Part shown: in pieces, positions 30,053 to 40,620 of the stretch
Numbering within the stretch: position 1 is the stretch's first letter
Layout of the letters: each line of letters starts with the position of its first letter
From: an uncultured Candidatus Rokubacteria bacterium
GTDB lineage: Bacteria > Methylomirabilota > Methylomirabilia > Rokubacteriales > CSP1-6
Assembly: GCA_963754315.1 (NCBI GenBank)
Contig: CAVWFS010000002.1
Location: forward strand, 1-64,000
Direction: 5' to 3'
DNA: 64,000 bases
Notes under the pieces: model-generated
Databases searched by the model: none
What the model was told of the DNA's origin: nothing
Seen by the model: the letters and a program-made list of their open reading frames with translations, nothing else
Program-made: the position numbers and the translations under genes

Positions 30053-31068
30053 AAGATTTTGGTGATTTCGTCTTGCTCGAAGATGGGGAGCGGCTCCTGC
30101 CGACTGCCATCCACCAAGAGAAGCCCCTGCTCGCGCGGGACAACCTGGCCGATGTAGTGCGAATCGATGCCCTCGCGCGCCAGGGCATGAATGACCACAC
30201 CCGCCTCGGCGGGCGACAGGGTCATGAGCAGCGAGCCGGAGGCGATGGTTCCGAGGGGATCGAGCCCGAATTCCCGGCACAGCTCTGCTCCCTCTGGCAC
30301 CACGGTGATGCGGCTGCGATCGATCCGCAGTCCGACGCCGGCGGCGATGGCGAGCTCGTGCAGCGCCGTGGCCACGCCGCCTTCCGTGGGGTCGTGCATC
30401 GCGTGGACGGTGGCCAGCTCGCAGGCGATCTCGGCCTCGGGGAGCACACTGAGACCGGGCTGTCGGAGAAACCCCTTGGCGCGGGCGATGACCGCGGGGC
30501 GGATTCCCCGCGCGCGCAGCTCCGCCTCCTTCTCGCGCGCGATGAGGGCAGCGCCCTCCAGCGGCACACCCTTGGTGAGCACGACGGCATCACCCACGCG
30601 CGCCCCGCCGGTGGTCACCAGCTTGTCCTTGGCCACCTCGCCCAGCATGGTGCCCACGACGATCGGCCGGTCGAGTCCAGCGGTGACCTCCGTGTGGCCG
30701 CCGACAAGCGTCACGTCCACCTCCGCGCACGCCGCCATGATCTCCTCGAAGAGGCGCGCGACCGCATCCTCGTCGGTGCGGCCCTCGGGCAGGAGCAGGG
30801 TGGCCAGGAACCATCTCGGACACGCTCCGCGCACGGCGATGTCGTTCACGTTCACCTGCACGGCGTACCACGCGGGCTCTTCGCTCGCGAACGTGATGGG
30901 GTCGCTGGTCGCCACGAGGAAACGATCGCCGATATCGAGGACGGCCGCGTCCTCGCCGACTCGCGGACCCATGAACACGCGTGGATCGGTGATCGGATGC
31001 CGGGTCAGCAGCGCGCCCAGGAAGGCCGGGCGCAACTTGCCCACGGGCAGGAACCTTGTTGCGCTCAT
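30040..31068 (-). CDS. AIR synthase-related (PurM/HypE/ThiL-like) protein
   Basis: GEDAAV, SDPIT, NVNDIA, VGGHTEVT and MHDPTEGG. Confidence 0.9.
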   Translation of the reverse strand: MSATRFLPVGKLRPAFLGALLTRHPITDPRVFMGPRVGEDAAVLDIGDRFLVATSDPITFASEEPAWYAVQVNVNDIAVRGACPRWFLATLLLPEGRTDEDAVARLFEEIMAACAEVDVTLVGGHTEVTAGLDRPIVVGTMLGEVAKDKLVTTGGARVGDAVVLTKGVPLEGAALIAREKEAELRARGIRPAVIARAKGFLRQPGLSVLPEAEIACELATVHAMHDPTEGGVATALHELAIAAGVGLRIDRSRITVVPEGAELCREFGLDPLGTIASGSLLMTLSPAEAGVVIHALAREGIDSHYIGQVVPREQGLLLVDGSRQEPLPIFEQDEITKIFAGR

Positions 31069-31973
31069 CCTGTCTCAGCATACACGGGGGACGCGACCAG
31101 CTTCAGGAGGTCGGCCGTCAAGTCGTAGAGCTGCGCGCAGCCGCTCGTGCCGCCGAGGTGCGCCTGGATGCGCTTGGCGAGGCCCGGATCGAGTGTCTCG
31201 CCCAGGAGCGCGCGGACTTTCCCCTGCGGCTCCGAGCAGATGCCCGCGTACGGCAGTCGCGGGGTCACCGACTCCGCGCGCACGAAGCGGCCCGAGGCCA
31301 GCTCGACCTCGTAGACCACCTCGAAGCCGTGGACATTGTCGTGCATCGAGTGGGCCAGCCTGAGATGCGCGCCCTCGATGGCGAGCTCGGCGACCTTGTG
31401 GCGCTCGAAGACACCGCGCTGGCCCGGGTGCGAGCAGTAGAGGTCCGGACTGGCGGCGGCCGTCACCGTGCGCGTGTCGAGCAGCGCCGCTCCCGCCGCG
31501 CTGTACGTGAAGCATGAATCGGGCAGATCGATCCAGCCCTCCCGATCGAGCTGCCAGAAGCCTCGAGCGCCCATCGCGACAGCGTGCTCGACCCGCGCGC
31601 GCGGGAGGCACCCGACCTGGCGCGTCAGCCTCGCCGCCTCGATCATCGAATCGAGCAGGAGGTCGGCGCCCGCTCCGTTCCCGACCGCTTCGCGGACGCG
31701 CCGCCCGAGTCCCGCGACCATGGCCGTTCCCGCCAGGGCCGCCAGACCCTCGATCCCGCGTGGATCGAGCTTGCCGGCCAGCGACCGCGCCTGGACGCCA
31801 CGGATCCGATAGCTCGGCGACGGCAAGACCTCCACGGTCACCTCGACCTCGCGCGCGGGTTCGGCAATGCGCACGGTATGCACGAACGCATCCCCGGACG
31901 GGGCATGGTCCGCCCGGCCCCATACCCTTCGCTGGTACCGCTCGCGACCCTCGAGCAGCGGCGGCCGGTTCAC
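31065..31973 (-). CDS. DUF2889-like protein
   Basis: MHDNVHGF, PYAGICSEP and LGGTSGCAQLYDL resemble the DUF2889 pattern. Confidence 0.6.
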   Translation of the reverse strand: MNRPPLLEGRERYQRRVWGRADHAPSGDAFVHTVRIAEPAREVEVTVEVLPSPSYRIRGVQARSLAGKLDPRGIEGLAALAGTAMVAGLGRRVREAVGNGAGADLLLDSMIEAARLTRQVGCLPRARVEHAVAMGARGFWQLDREGWIDLPDSCFTYSAAGAALLDTRTVTAAASPDLYCSHPGQRGVFERHKVAELAIEGAHLRLAHSMHDNVHGFEVVYEVELASGRFVRAESVTPRLPYAGICSEPQGKVRALLGETLDPGLAKRIQAHLGGTSGCAQLYDLTADLLKLVASPVYAETG

Positions 31974-31986
31974 GCCAGCGAGGCCA

Positions 31987-32268
31987 TCAGCGGGCGGCGA
32001 ACCGCGTGAAGACGTCGAGGAGCTCGTCGAGCTTGCGCTGGCGATCGAGCTTGGAGCCCGAGCGCAGGGCGTCCACCACGCACGACTCCAGGTGGCGGCC
32101 GAGCAGGATTTTCTGCACCTGGGTCAGGGCCCCCTGCACCGCCGACATCTGAAGGAGGACGTCCGCGCAGGAGGCATCGGCCGCGATCATCCTCTGCAGC
32201 CCCTGCACCTGCCCCTCGATCCGCCGGAGGCGCGCACGGGCGCGGTCCCGCACCTGATCGTCAGCCAT
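31987..32268 (-). CDS. csoR: CsoR/RcnR family metal-sensing repressor
   Basis: RLRRIEGQVQGLQRMI..C.DVLLQMSAV...HLESC (C-H-C ligands). Confidence 0.92.
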   Translation of the reverse strand: MADDQVRDRARARLRRIEGQVQGLQRMIAADASCADVLLQMSAVQGALTQVQKILLGRHLESCVVDALRSGSKLDRQRKLDELLDVFTRFAAR

Positions 32269-32274
32269 TGGCCA

Positions 32275-32317
32275 TACCCCCACGGGGTAGTATGGAAGCC
32301 CCCCTCCGCCCTGTCAA
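32275..32317 (-). promoter_or_regulatory. Sigma70 promoter with an adjacent CsoR-type operator
   Basis: TTGACA-17bp-CATACT on the minus strand. Palindrome TACCCC-CAC-GGGGTA at 32275-32289. Confidence 0.8.
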
Positions 32318-32355
32318 CGAATCGGCATCGGCCGGCCGCCACGCCGGATCGTCGA

Positions 32356-32700
32356 TCAAAACAGACTCGGCTGGTTGTCGGATGCGGGGCGGGAGCGGCG
32401 AGCGCCTCGCTGGGTCTTGCTCGGTTTCGAGGCGCTTCGCGCGGCGGGCCGCGGGACGGGCTTCGGCAGCTTCCAGCCCTTCTGCCGTGCGATGCGCTCC
32501 CCCTGCTTGATGACAAGCAGGTCCACCAGGCGCGCCAGCGGGTTCCCGAGAAGCTGCAAGTACTTCTCCCAGTAGCGGGGCGAGAAGGCCAGGGTCTTCA
32601 TGTCGTTGATGGCCACCGTCAAGGCGGCCCGATCCCCTTTACGCGCCGCGACGCGCAGGTCGGCGACGATGCGCGCGCTGCTCGTGCGGCCGCCAGCCAT
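32356..32700 (-). CDS. Hypothetical basic protein
   Basis: 114-aa ORF coupled to the rng stop, with host-like codon usage. Confidence 0.7.
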   Translation of the reverse strand: MAGGRTSSARIVADLRVAARKGDRAALTVAINDMKTLAFSPRYWEKYLQLLGNPLARLVDLLVIKQGERIARQKGWKLPKPVPRPAARSASKPSKTQRGARRSRPASDNQPSLF

Positions 32701-34223
32701 CAGCGGAGCAGAACCTCGAACTCGTCGCGGTGCGCGTGGCCGGTCACGGCCTGCACCGTGATCTTGCGGTCGAGGGTGCTGGCCAGCCGCTCCAGGGCGT
32801 CTCGGGCTTCGGCTTCCAGGTGAGCAGCCACATCAGGGTGCACACGGATCACGAGCTCGCGGTGTGGATCGGCGGCCGCCCTGGCCCGCACGGCACGAAA
32901 GACCTCGGCGGCGAGCGTGGCGTCCGTCTTGGTGACGCCGCTGCCCGAGCATGTCGGACAGGCCATGGTGAGGAGCGAACGGAGATCCCCGCGGACGCGC
33001 TTGCGGGTCATCTCGACCAGGCCGAGCTCCGAGATCTGCAGCATGTTGGTGCGGGCCTTGTCGTCGGCCAGGGCGCGCTTGAGGGCCTTCTCGACCTGCT
33101 CGCGGTGCTCCTCCCGCTCCATGTCGATGAAGTCGATGATGATGATGCCCCCCAGGTCACGCAGGCGAATCTGCCGCACGATCTCTCCCACCGACTCGAG
33201 ATTGATCTTCAGCACCGTTTGCTCGAAGTCCCGCTTGCCCACGTACTTGCCGGTGTTGACGTCGATGGACACCAGGGCCTCGGTATGGTCGATGACGATG
33301 TACCCGCCCGAGCGCAGCCACACGCGTCGACGCAGCGCCTTCTCGATGTCCTTCTCGATGCCGAACGACTCGAAGATGGGGACGGTCCCCTCGTAGAGGC
33401 TCACCCGATCGAGCAAGGTCGGCACCAGCGAGCGCGCATATCCGATGCAGCGCTCGAACACCTCGCGCGTGTCCACCACGAACTCCTCCACCTCCGGCGA
33501 GAAGAGGTCGCGCACCACCCGGAAGGCCAGGTCCATTTCCGCGTGCAGGGCGGCGGGGGCGGCCGTCTGCTCGAACCGCGCCTGAGTCTGGCTCCACAAG
33601 CGGCCGAGGAAGGCGACGTCGGCGGCGAACTCTTCCTCCCCCTTTCCCTCGGCGTTGGTGCGCACGATGTAGCCGCCCGGAGGCGGGTTGAGGGCCCGCA
33701 CCGCCGCCCGCAAGCGATCGCGCTCCCGTTCGTCGTGGATCCGGCGCGAGACACCAACGTGGCGAGCCTGAGGCATGTACACGATGTAGCGGCCGGGGAT
33801 GGAGATGAACGAGGTGACGCGAGCTCCCTTGCTCCCGAGCGGCTCCTTCGACACCTGGACGAGGATGGTCTGGTTCTTGTGCAGGAGCTCCTCGATGGGA
33901 ACGACGGGCTCACGGCGCGGGGGCTCGTCGACGTCGACGTCGACCTCGCTGTCGTCGTCGTCGGCATCGAGGGACGCGATGACCGACTCACCCAGGTTGG
34001 CGGTGTAGTCCCCGCCATAGAGAAAGGCGTCCTTGCTCAGGCCGATGTCGACGAAGGCCGCCTGCATGCCGGGCAGGACGTTGGTCACCACGCCCTTGTA
34101 GACGCTGCCGACGATCGACCGCTTGTCTTGACGCTCGAGGAAGAGGTCGGTGAGGAGATTATTCTCCTGGACCGCGATGCGAGTTTCGGTCAATCCCGCG
34201 TTGACGACGATTCGTTTGCCCAC
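32700..34223 (-). CDS. rng: Ribonuclease G (Rne/Rng family)
   Basis: VLPGMQAAFVDIG, KGARVT, IDVNTGKY and LRDLGGIIIIDFIDM. Confidence 0.96.
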   Translation of the reverse strand: MGKRIVVNAGLTETRIAVQENNLLTDLFLERQDKRSIVGSVYKGVVTNVLPGMQAAFVDIGLSKDAFLYGGDYTANLGESVIASLDADDDDSEVDVDVDEPPRREPVVPIEELLHKNQTILVQVSKEPLGSKGARVTSFISIPGRYIVYMPQARHVGVSRRIHDERERDRLRAAVRALNPPPGGYIVRTNAEGKGEEEFAADVAFLGRLWSQTQARFEQTAAPAALHAEMDLAFRVVRDLFSPEVEEFVVDTREVFERCIGYARSLVPTLLDRVSLYEGTVPIFESFGIEKDIEKALRRRVWLRSGGYIVIDHTEALVSIDVNTGKYVGKRDFEQTVLKINLESVGEIVRQIRLRDLGGIIIIDFIDMEREEHREQVEKALKRALADDKARTNMLQISELGLVEMTRKRVRGDLRSLLTMACPTCSGSGVTKTDATLAAEVFRAVRARAAADPHRELVIRVHPDVAAHLEAEARDALERLASTLDRKITVQAVTGHAHRDEFEVLLR

Positions 34224-34277
34224 GGCAGCACCTCGCTGACACGGGGCCATCGTCCGGTCGTGGACGGGCCACGCGTC

Positions 34278-35369
34278 TCATTGGAACTGCCGCATTCGCA
34301 CCGAGAGGAGGAGTCCGAGCGTCATGAGGGTGACGAGCATCGACGAGCCCCCATAGCTCATGAGTGGTAACGGAACGCCCACCACCGGGAGCAGCCCGGT
34401 GACCATCCCCACGTTGACCAGGATCTGGGTGGCCAGGAGCGCGGTGGCGCCCAGCGCCACCAAGCGCCCGACCGGCTCCCGGGCCGAGGCCGCGATGTCG
34501 AAGCCCCGCGCGAGGAGGATGGCGTAGCAGGCGAGCAACGTGATACAGCCGACAAACCCCCACATCTCGGCGAATACGGCGAAGATAAAATCCGTGTGAC
34601 GCTCCGGGAGAAAGGACAGCCGGCTCTGGGTGGCGCCGGCCACTCCCTTGCCCAGGAGCTGACCCGATCCGATCGCAATCTTCGCCTGGATCACGTTGTA
34701 GGCGCTCCCCAGCGGGTCACGCACGGGATCCAGGTAAACCATGATTCGTTCGCGCTGATAGTCCCTCATGAACACCCACGCGGCCGGCATCACCGCCAGG
34801 CCCAGCCCGAGAAGCCCGCCCACCAGCCGCATCGGCAGCCCCGACCCTACCAGGAGCGCCAGCATGACGGGCAGGAGGACGAGAGCCGAGCCGAGGTCGG
34901 GCTGCTTGACGATGAGGACGAACGGCACGGCCAGGACGGGCACGGTCAGGGCGAGGGCACCGAGACCGCCCCCGCGGGCCGCGCGCGAGGTGAGCAGCCA
35001 GACCGCCATGAGGACGAAGGCGAACTTGAACAGTTCCGAGGGTTGAAAGGTGAACGGTCCGAGCCCGATCCAGCGCCGCGCGCCGGACACGGTCCGCCCG
35101 ATGAAGAACACGGTCACGAGCGCGGCCAGCCCGGCCACGTAAATGGCCGGAGCCAGGCGCACGAGCCTGCGATAGTCGAGACTCGACACGACCAGGAGCG
35201 CGACCAGACCCACGCCGACCCAGGCAAGCTGGCGCCACAACACGGCGCCCCCCGCGCGCCCGACGTGCAGGCTCACGAGGGTCACGGCGCTCATGCCGAC
35301 CAGGGCCAGGGCCGCCACGAGGATAGTCCAGTCCACGTTCTGCAGGAGCCGTCGATCGACGCCGACCAT
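34278..35369 (-). CDS. rodA: Rod shape-determining protein RodA
   Basis: FQPSE, KQPDLG, FLPERHTDFIF and PLMSYGGSS. Confidence 0.96.
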   Translation of the reverse strand: MVGVDRRLLQNVDWTILVAALALVGMSAVTLVSLHVGRAGGAVLWRQLAWVGVGLVALLVVSSLDYRRLVRLAPAIYVAGLAALVTVFFIGRTVSGARRWIGLGPFTFQPSELFKFAFVLMAVWLLTSRAARGGGLGALALTVPVLAVPFVLIVKQPDLGSALVLLPVMLALLVGSGLPMRLVGGLLGLGLAVMPAAWVFMRDYQRERIMVYLDPVRDPLGSAYNVIQAKIAIGSGQLLGKGVAGATQSRLSFLPERHTDFIFAVFAEMWGFVGCITLLACYAILLARGFDIAASAREPVGRLVALGATALLATQILVNVGMVTGLLPVVGVPLPLMSYGGSSMLVTLMTLGLLLSVRMRQFQ

Positions 35370-35375
35370 CAGGGT

Positions 35376-37176
35376 CTAGCCCGCCCACTCCACCGAGGCC
35401 ACCTTCTCGAGGAAGATTGCTCTCAGAATTTGGCGGGCGATGGGGGCAGCCACCTGGCCGCCCTTTCCTCCCCGCTCGACGAGAACGACCACCACGACCT
35501 CAGGTGCGCGGGCCGGAGCAAAGCTGGCGAACCACGCGTGATCCTGTCCCTTGTCCGACTTGGAGTTCGCGATCGTCTGGGCGGTACCGGTCTTCCCTGC
35601 CACGTCGAGGCCGGGGATGCGGGCGCCCGCGCCCGTGCCGCCTTCGTTGACGACCGACCACAGACTCTGGCGGAGAAATGCCCAGACCATCGGGGACAGT
35701 TCCACGTGACCGGTCACCTCGCCCCCGTCGCTCCAGACCACATCCTGGCCGCGTTCGACGCGCTGGACGAGACGCGGCCGCCACAGGATGCCGCCGTTGG
35801 CCACGGCCGCCATGAAGCGAGCGACCTGCATCGGCGTCACCAGGAGCGCGCCCTGGCCGATCGACATGTTGACGGTGTCCCCGGCGTGCCACACGGCTCC
35901 CTTCCGTCCCCGCGCGCTGCGCGGGTGACGGAATCAGCCCGCTCTTCTCGCCGCCGAACACGACCCCCGTCGGCCGTCCGAGCCCGAACATTGCCGCGTA
36001 GCGGCTGATGGCGGAGCCACCGATGCGGAGCCCATAGTGGTAGAAGTAGATGTTGCAGGACTGATTCACCGCACGGAGCAGATCGACGGAGCCGTGGCCT
36101 TCCTTCTTCCAATCCTTGAAGGTTACCCCGCCCAGATGGAACTCTCCAGTGCAGCGCAGGCGGTCCATGGGTGTCAGGGTGCCTTCCTGGAGGCCGGCGG
36201 CGGCCACGATGATCTTGAAGACGGAGCCCGGCGCGTATTGCGTCTGGATCGTCCGGTTCAGGAGGGGATGGGCCGGATCCTTGACGACGGCCAGCCATGC
36301 CGCGCGATCGATGGTGCCCGTGAAGCGGTCGATGTCGAAGGCCGGCGTGGAGACCATGGCCAGCACGTCGCCGTTGCGCGGATCCAGGACCACCACGGCC
36401 CCCGCGTGTCCGGCCATGGCTTGCTCGGCCGCCTCCTGGACGCGGCGGTCGACGGTGGTGATGACCTCTGCCCCCGCAGTCGGCTCCGAACGCCGGATGA
36501 CACCCAGGTGGCGCCCGAGCGCATCGACCTCGACGCTCTCGCCCCCGTCCTGACCTCGCAAGTAGTCATCGAGCAGTCGCTCGAGCCCGGTCTGCCCCAC
36601 CATGTCGCCCCGTCGGTAAAGCCCTTGCCGGAGCTGCTCGTCGCTGACCTCGCGCACGTAGCCCAGCAGGTGGGCGGCGAAGCGGCCGGTAGGGTAGACG
36701 CGCTGCGGCTCGACCTCCACGATCACGCCAGGGAGCTCGAGCTTCCACTCCTCGATCTTGGCCACGTCCTCGAGCGTCAAGCCGCGGCGCACCCGCACGG
36801 GAGCCGCGGGATCACCGTGAACGCGGGCCGCCACCTCCGTGAGCTCGCGATAGGGAATGCCGAGCAAGGTCGACACGCGGCCGAGCACGGCGGAGCGCCG
36901 GTCCCCCGCCTCGTCGAGCTCGCGCGGAATGAGCGAGAGGGTGAAGGCCGGACGGTTGTCGACGAGCGGCCGATGCTGGCGATCGTAGAGAATACCGCGC
37001 TGGGCGGCGATCGGTCGTATCCGGATCCGGTTCTTCTCCGAGGCCTCGCGGAAGTAGTCCCCCGAGATGACTTGCAGATACCAGAGCTGGGTCACGATGA
37101 CCAGGAAGGCGACGCCGACCACGGCTGCCATCACGACCACCCGCCGCTGGCCGAAGTCGCGCCGGTTGGCGATCAC
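35376..37176 (-). CDS. mrdA: Penicillin-binding protein 2 (frameshift near 35900)
   Basis: RGILYDR, PGSVFK, SCN and GKTGT. Located between mreD and rodA. Confidence 0.94.
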
Positions 37177-37664
37177 AACGATCGACTCACGCGCAGGTAC
37201 TCGGCGACGGTCAGGACCAGCACCACGGCCGCGCCCAGGAAGCCGTTGTAGAGGGCCTGGGGCAAGACCTGGTACGCCATGACCTCGCCGAACGGCGCCG
37301 GGTAGCGAAACCACTGCAGAATGCCGAAGCGGACCACGCCTTCGGCCACCGTCAGCAGGACGAGACCCGGTACCTGGACGAGGGGGGACGTCACGCTCAG
37401 GCGGGCGCCGGAGGCGCCGATGGCAAAGCCCATCAACGCCTTGGTGAGAGCCTGCACGCCGATGAGCCCTCCCGTCGACACGTCTTGCAGCAGCCCTGAC
37501 ACCAGTCCGGCCACGCAGCCGAACTCCGGACCGTGCCGCAAGGCCAGCATCAGCACGACGATGAGCGGGATGTCGGGCACGACATCCCCCACGCGGAACA
37601 GGGACGCCAGGGGCCCGTGAGCGACTCCGCCCCCGACCACGGCGAGCAGAAGGAGGGAGCGCAC
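37173..37664 (-). CDS. mreD: Rod shape-determining protein MreD
   Basis: Hydrophobic with a GLLQD motif; synteny. Confidence 0.88.
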   Translation of the reverse strand: MRSLLLLAVVGGGVAHGPLASLFRVGDVVPDIPLIVVLMLALRHGPEFGCVAGLVSGLLQDVSTGGLIGVQALTKALMGFAIGASGARLSVTSPLVQVPGLVLLTVAEGVVRFGILQWFRYPAPFGEVMAYQVLPQALYNGFLGAAVVLVLTVAEYLRVSRSL

Positions 37665-38508
37665 CTAGCGATCCCCCTCGCGAAAGAACGCCGTGACGTC
37701 GCCTCCCCCGCCAGGGGTCACGACGAGGAGCACCTCCTCCACGCGGGAGAAATCGACCACGGGTGTCAGCACCGCATAGTGGAAGAGGGCCGAGCCACGA
37801 TCGTCGATGGCACGCACGCGTGCGATCGGAAGCCCGCGCGGGAAGAGTCCCCCTGCCCCCGAGGTGACGACGAGGTCACCCGGCTGCAGGCCAGCCCCGT
37901 CGCGGGCCATGAACTTGAACCGCATCGTGCCGCGCGACTCGCCCTCCACGATGCCTTGCGTTCGCGTCCGGACCACGAGCGCGCCTACCGTCGAGGCAGG
38001 GATCGATGAGGACCTGGACGATCGAGGTTCCCCCCCGCACCTCGGCCACGCGTCCCACGAGTCCGGCGCCCGTGATCACGGCGGCGAGCTTGTCGATGCC
38101 GTCCTGGCGCCCGCGGTTGATGGTCAAGGATCGCACCCAACCACCCCACTCGCGGGCGATGATCTCACTGGCCATGGTCGCGACCGGAAGCTGCTGCTGG
38201 AGCGCGAGTAAGTGGCGCAGCCGCCGATTCTCGTCGGCCGTTTCCTCGAGACGCAGGGTGGACACGCGCAGACTCTGGATCTGGTCGCGCAACCGGATGT
38301 TCTCGGCGCGCACGTCCTTCCACTCCCGGTAGGTAGACCAGAGGCCGAGGGCAAACTGGCCCGTGCGGGCCAAGGTCGCCTGGATCGGGGTGGTCAGGGA
38401 GGCGAGCCAATCAGCGGCGGCGGATGACTGGCTGCGCGTCTGCAAGGTGAGCAGGAGCAGACACAGTACGATTGTGCCCACCACCAGAGAAAGCCCTCGC
38501 GTCTTCAC
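37665..38508 (-). CDS. mreC: Rod shape-determining protein MreC (frameshift near 38000)
   Basis: ENRRLRHLL, GLVGRV and VVTSGAGGLFPRGL. Confidence 0.93.
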
Positions 38509-38529
38509 TCTCAGGCCCCAGCGGGACGA

Positions 38530-39585
<1,056 letters not shown>

Positions 39586-39773
39586 TCATATTCGGACTGG
39601 CAAGAACTGATGGTAGCAAAGCTTCGAGCGGCGGGGAAGTCCAAAACTTCAATGCTGACAGGGACTTAGGATGCTCGGACGGGCAACGCCAAAACCATAG
39701 GATTTTCGGGGGCTTGTACGGGTTCCGGGCGCCAGGGCCGATCGTGACCCTGGGCTCCGTGGGTCGAATTCGT

Positions 39774-39801
39774 TTGACTCCCCTTCTGAGTCATGTACAA
39801 T
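39774..39801 (+). promoter_or_regulatory. Sigma70 promoter of the cold-shock gene
   Basis: TTGACT-16bp-TACAAT, implying a 5' UTR of about 170 nt. Confidence 0.65.
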
Positions 39802-39855
39802 GCGCGCGTTCTTCGATCCACACGGGAGTTAGAATCGATCAAGACATCGAAGCAC

Positions 39856-39893
39856 ACGCCGCGCGACTCGGATTCGCGCGGCGTTTTTCTTTT
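39856..39893 (+). terminator. Terminator-like hairpin inside the cspA leader
   Basis: ACGCCGCGCGA-CTCGGAT-TCGCGCGGCGT followed by TTTTCTTTT. Confidence 0.7.
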
Positions 39894-39979
39894 GCCCGCC
39901 AATGCCGGAGGGCAAACCCCGCCAGACCGGCGGGAGTACAAGAGGGGCTTGAAGACCCCCGCAAAGAGAGGTCGCAGGA

Positions 39980-40180
39980 ATGGCACAGGGACAAGTCAAG
40001 TGGTTCAACGATGCAAAGGGGTACGGCTTCATCACTCAGGAGGGCGGTGAGGACGTGTTCGTCCACTACAGCGCCATCCAGGCCAACGGCTTCAAGAGTC
40101 TCTCCGAGGGAGATCGGGTCGAGTTCGAGGTGACGCGCGGCCCGAAGGGTCTTCAGGCAGCGAACGTCCGGAAAGTCTAG
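39980..40180 (+). CDS. cspA: Cold-shock protein
   Basis: [12 protein letters not shown] and DVFVHYS. Confidence 0.98.
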   Translation: MAQGQVKWFNDAKGYGFITQEGGEDVFVHYSAIQANGFKSLSEGDRVEFEVTRGPKGLQAANVRKV

Positions 40181-40195
40181 CTCACCCCGCCTGTT

Positions 40196-40225
40196 CCTCC
40201 CGGGTCCGCCGGCGGACCCGGGAGG
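40196..40225. terminator. Perfect 30-bp palindrome downstream of cspA
   Basis: CCTCCCGGGTCCGCC|GGCGGACCCGGGAGG, with no U-tract. Confidence 0.55.
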
Positions 40226-40280
40226 TCCTCACCTGATCCGCGGCTTCTGCTCTCGACCCACAGAAGGCTCGACGTCACGC

Positions 40281-40620
40281 AAAAAAAGAAGCCCCGACGA
40301 TGTTTGCGACGCGACCTCGTCCTGCGTGCGCGTCACCCCGCTGGTGTCGGCGGGATCGTCGGGGCCGGTGGTGCCTGGGTCCCCAGGCGCTCCACCTTGA
40401 GCTAGCGTGGAATTGCCTAGGAGGCAACCACCTCACAGATCACCGTAGGTTTACACATCGGCTGGATCACCTCCTATTCTCGGCAAGGGCACCACGCGGG
40501 CCCAGTCCCACTCGCCCAGAACCGGATGCCGATTCCCGGACCGGGGCTCGGTCACGTTCAGCCGCCGGCGGAATTGTCGGCGGGGACGCTGGAGGAGCGC
40601 TGTGACGCTCCGACCGACTT
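40281..40620 (-). ncRNA. Candidate structured RNA (~340 nt) carrying a short ORF
   Basis: Possible -10 TAGGAT at 40627-40632, a series of hairpins, and a 3' 11-bp stem GCCCCGACGAT/ATCGTCGGGGC followed by TTCTTTTTTT. Confidence 0.55.
40417..40458 (-). CDS. 13-aa small ORF MCKPTVICEVVAS with an extended anti-16S ribosome-binding site
   Basis: AGGAGGTGATCCAGCCG immediately before the ATG. The TAG stop sits in the hairpin TTGCCT-CCT-AGGCAA. Confidence 0.55.
   Translation of the reverse strand: MCKPTVICEVVAS

Noticed and set aside
40434..40480. 16S rRNA gene
   Set aside because: The match is limited to the terminal few dozen nt, with no upstream 16S body, ITS or 23S.
40281..40620. tmRNA or 6S RNA
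   Set aside because: There is no tRNA-Ala-like acceptor/T-arm and no long rod with a central bubble. The ORF has its own ATG and SD.
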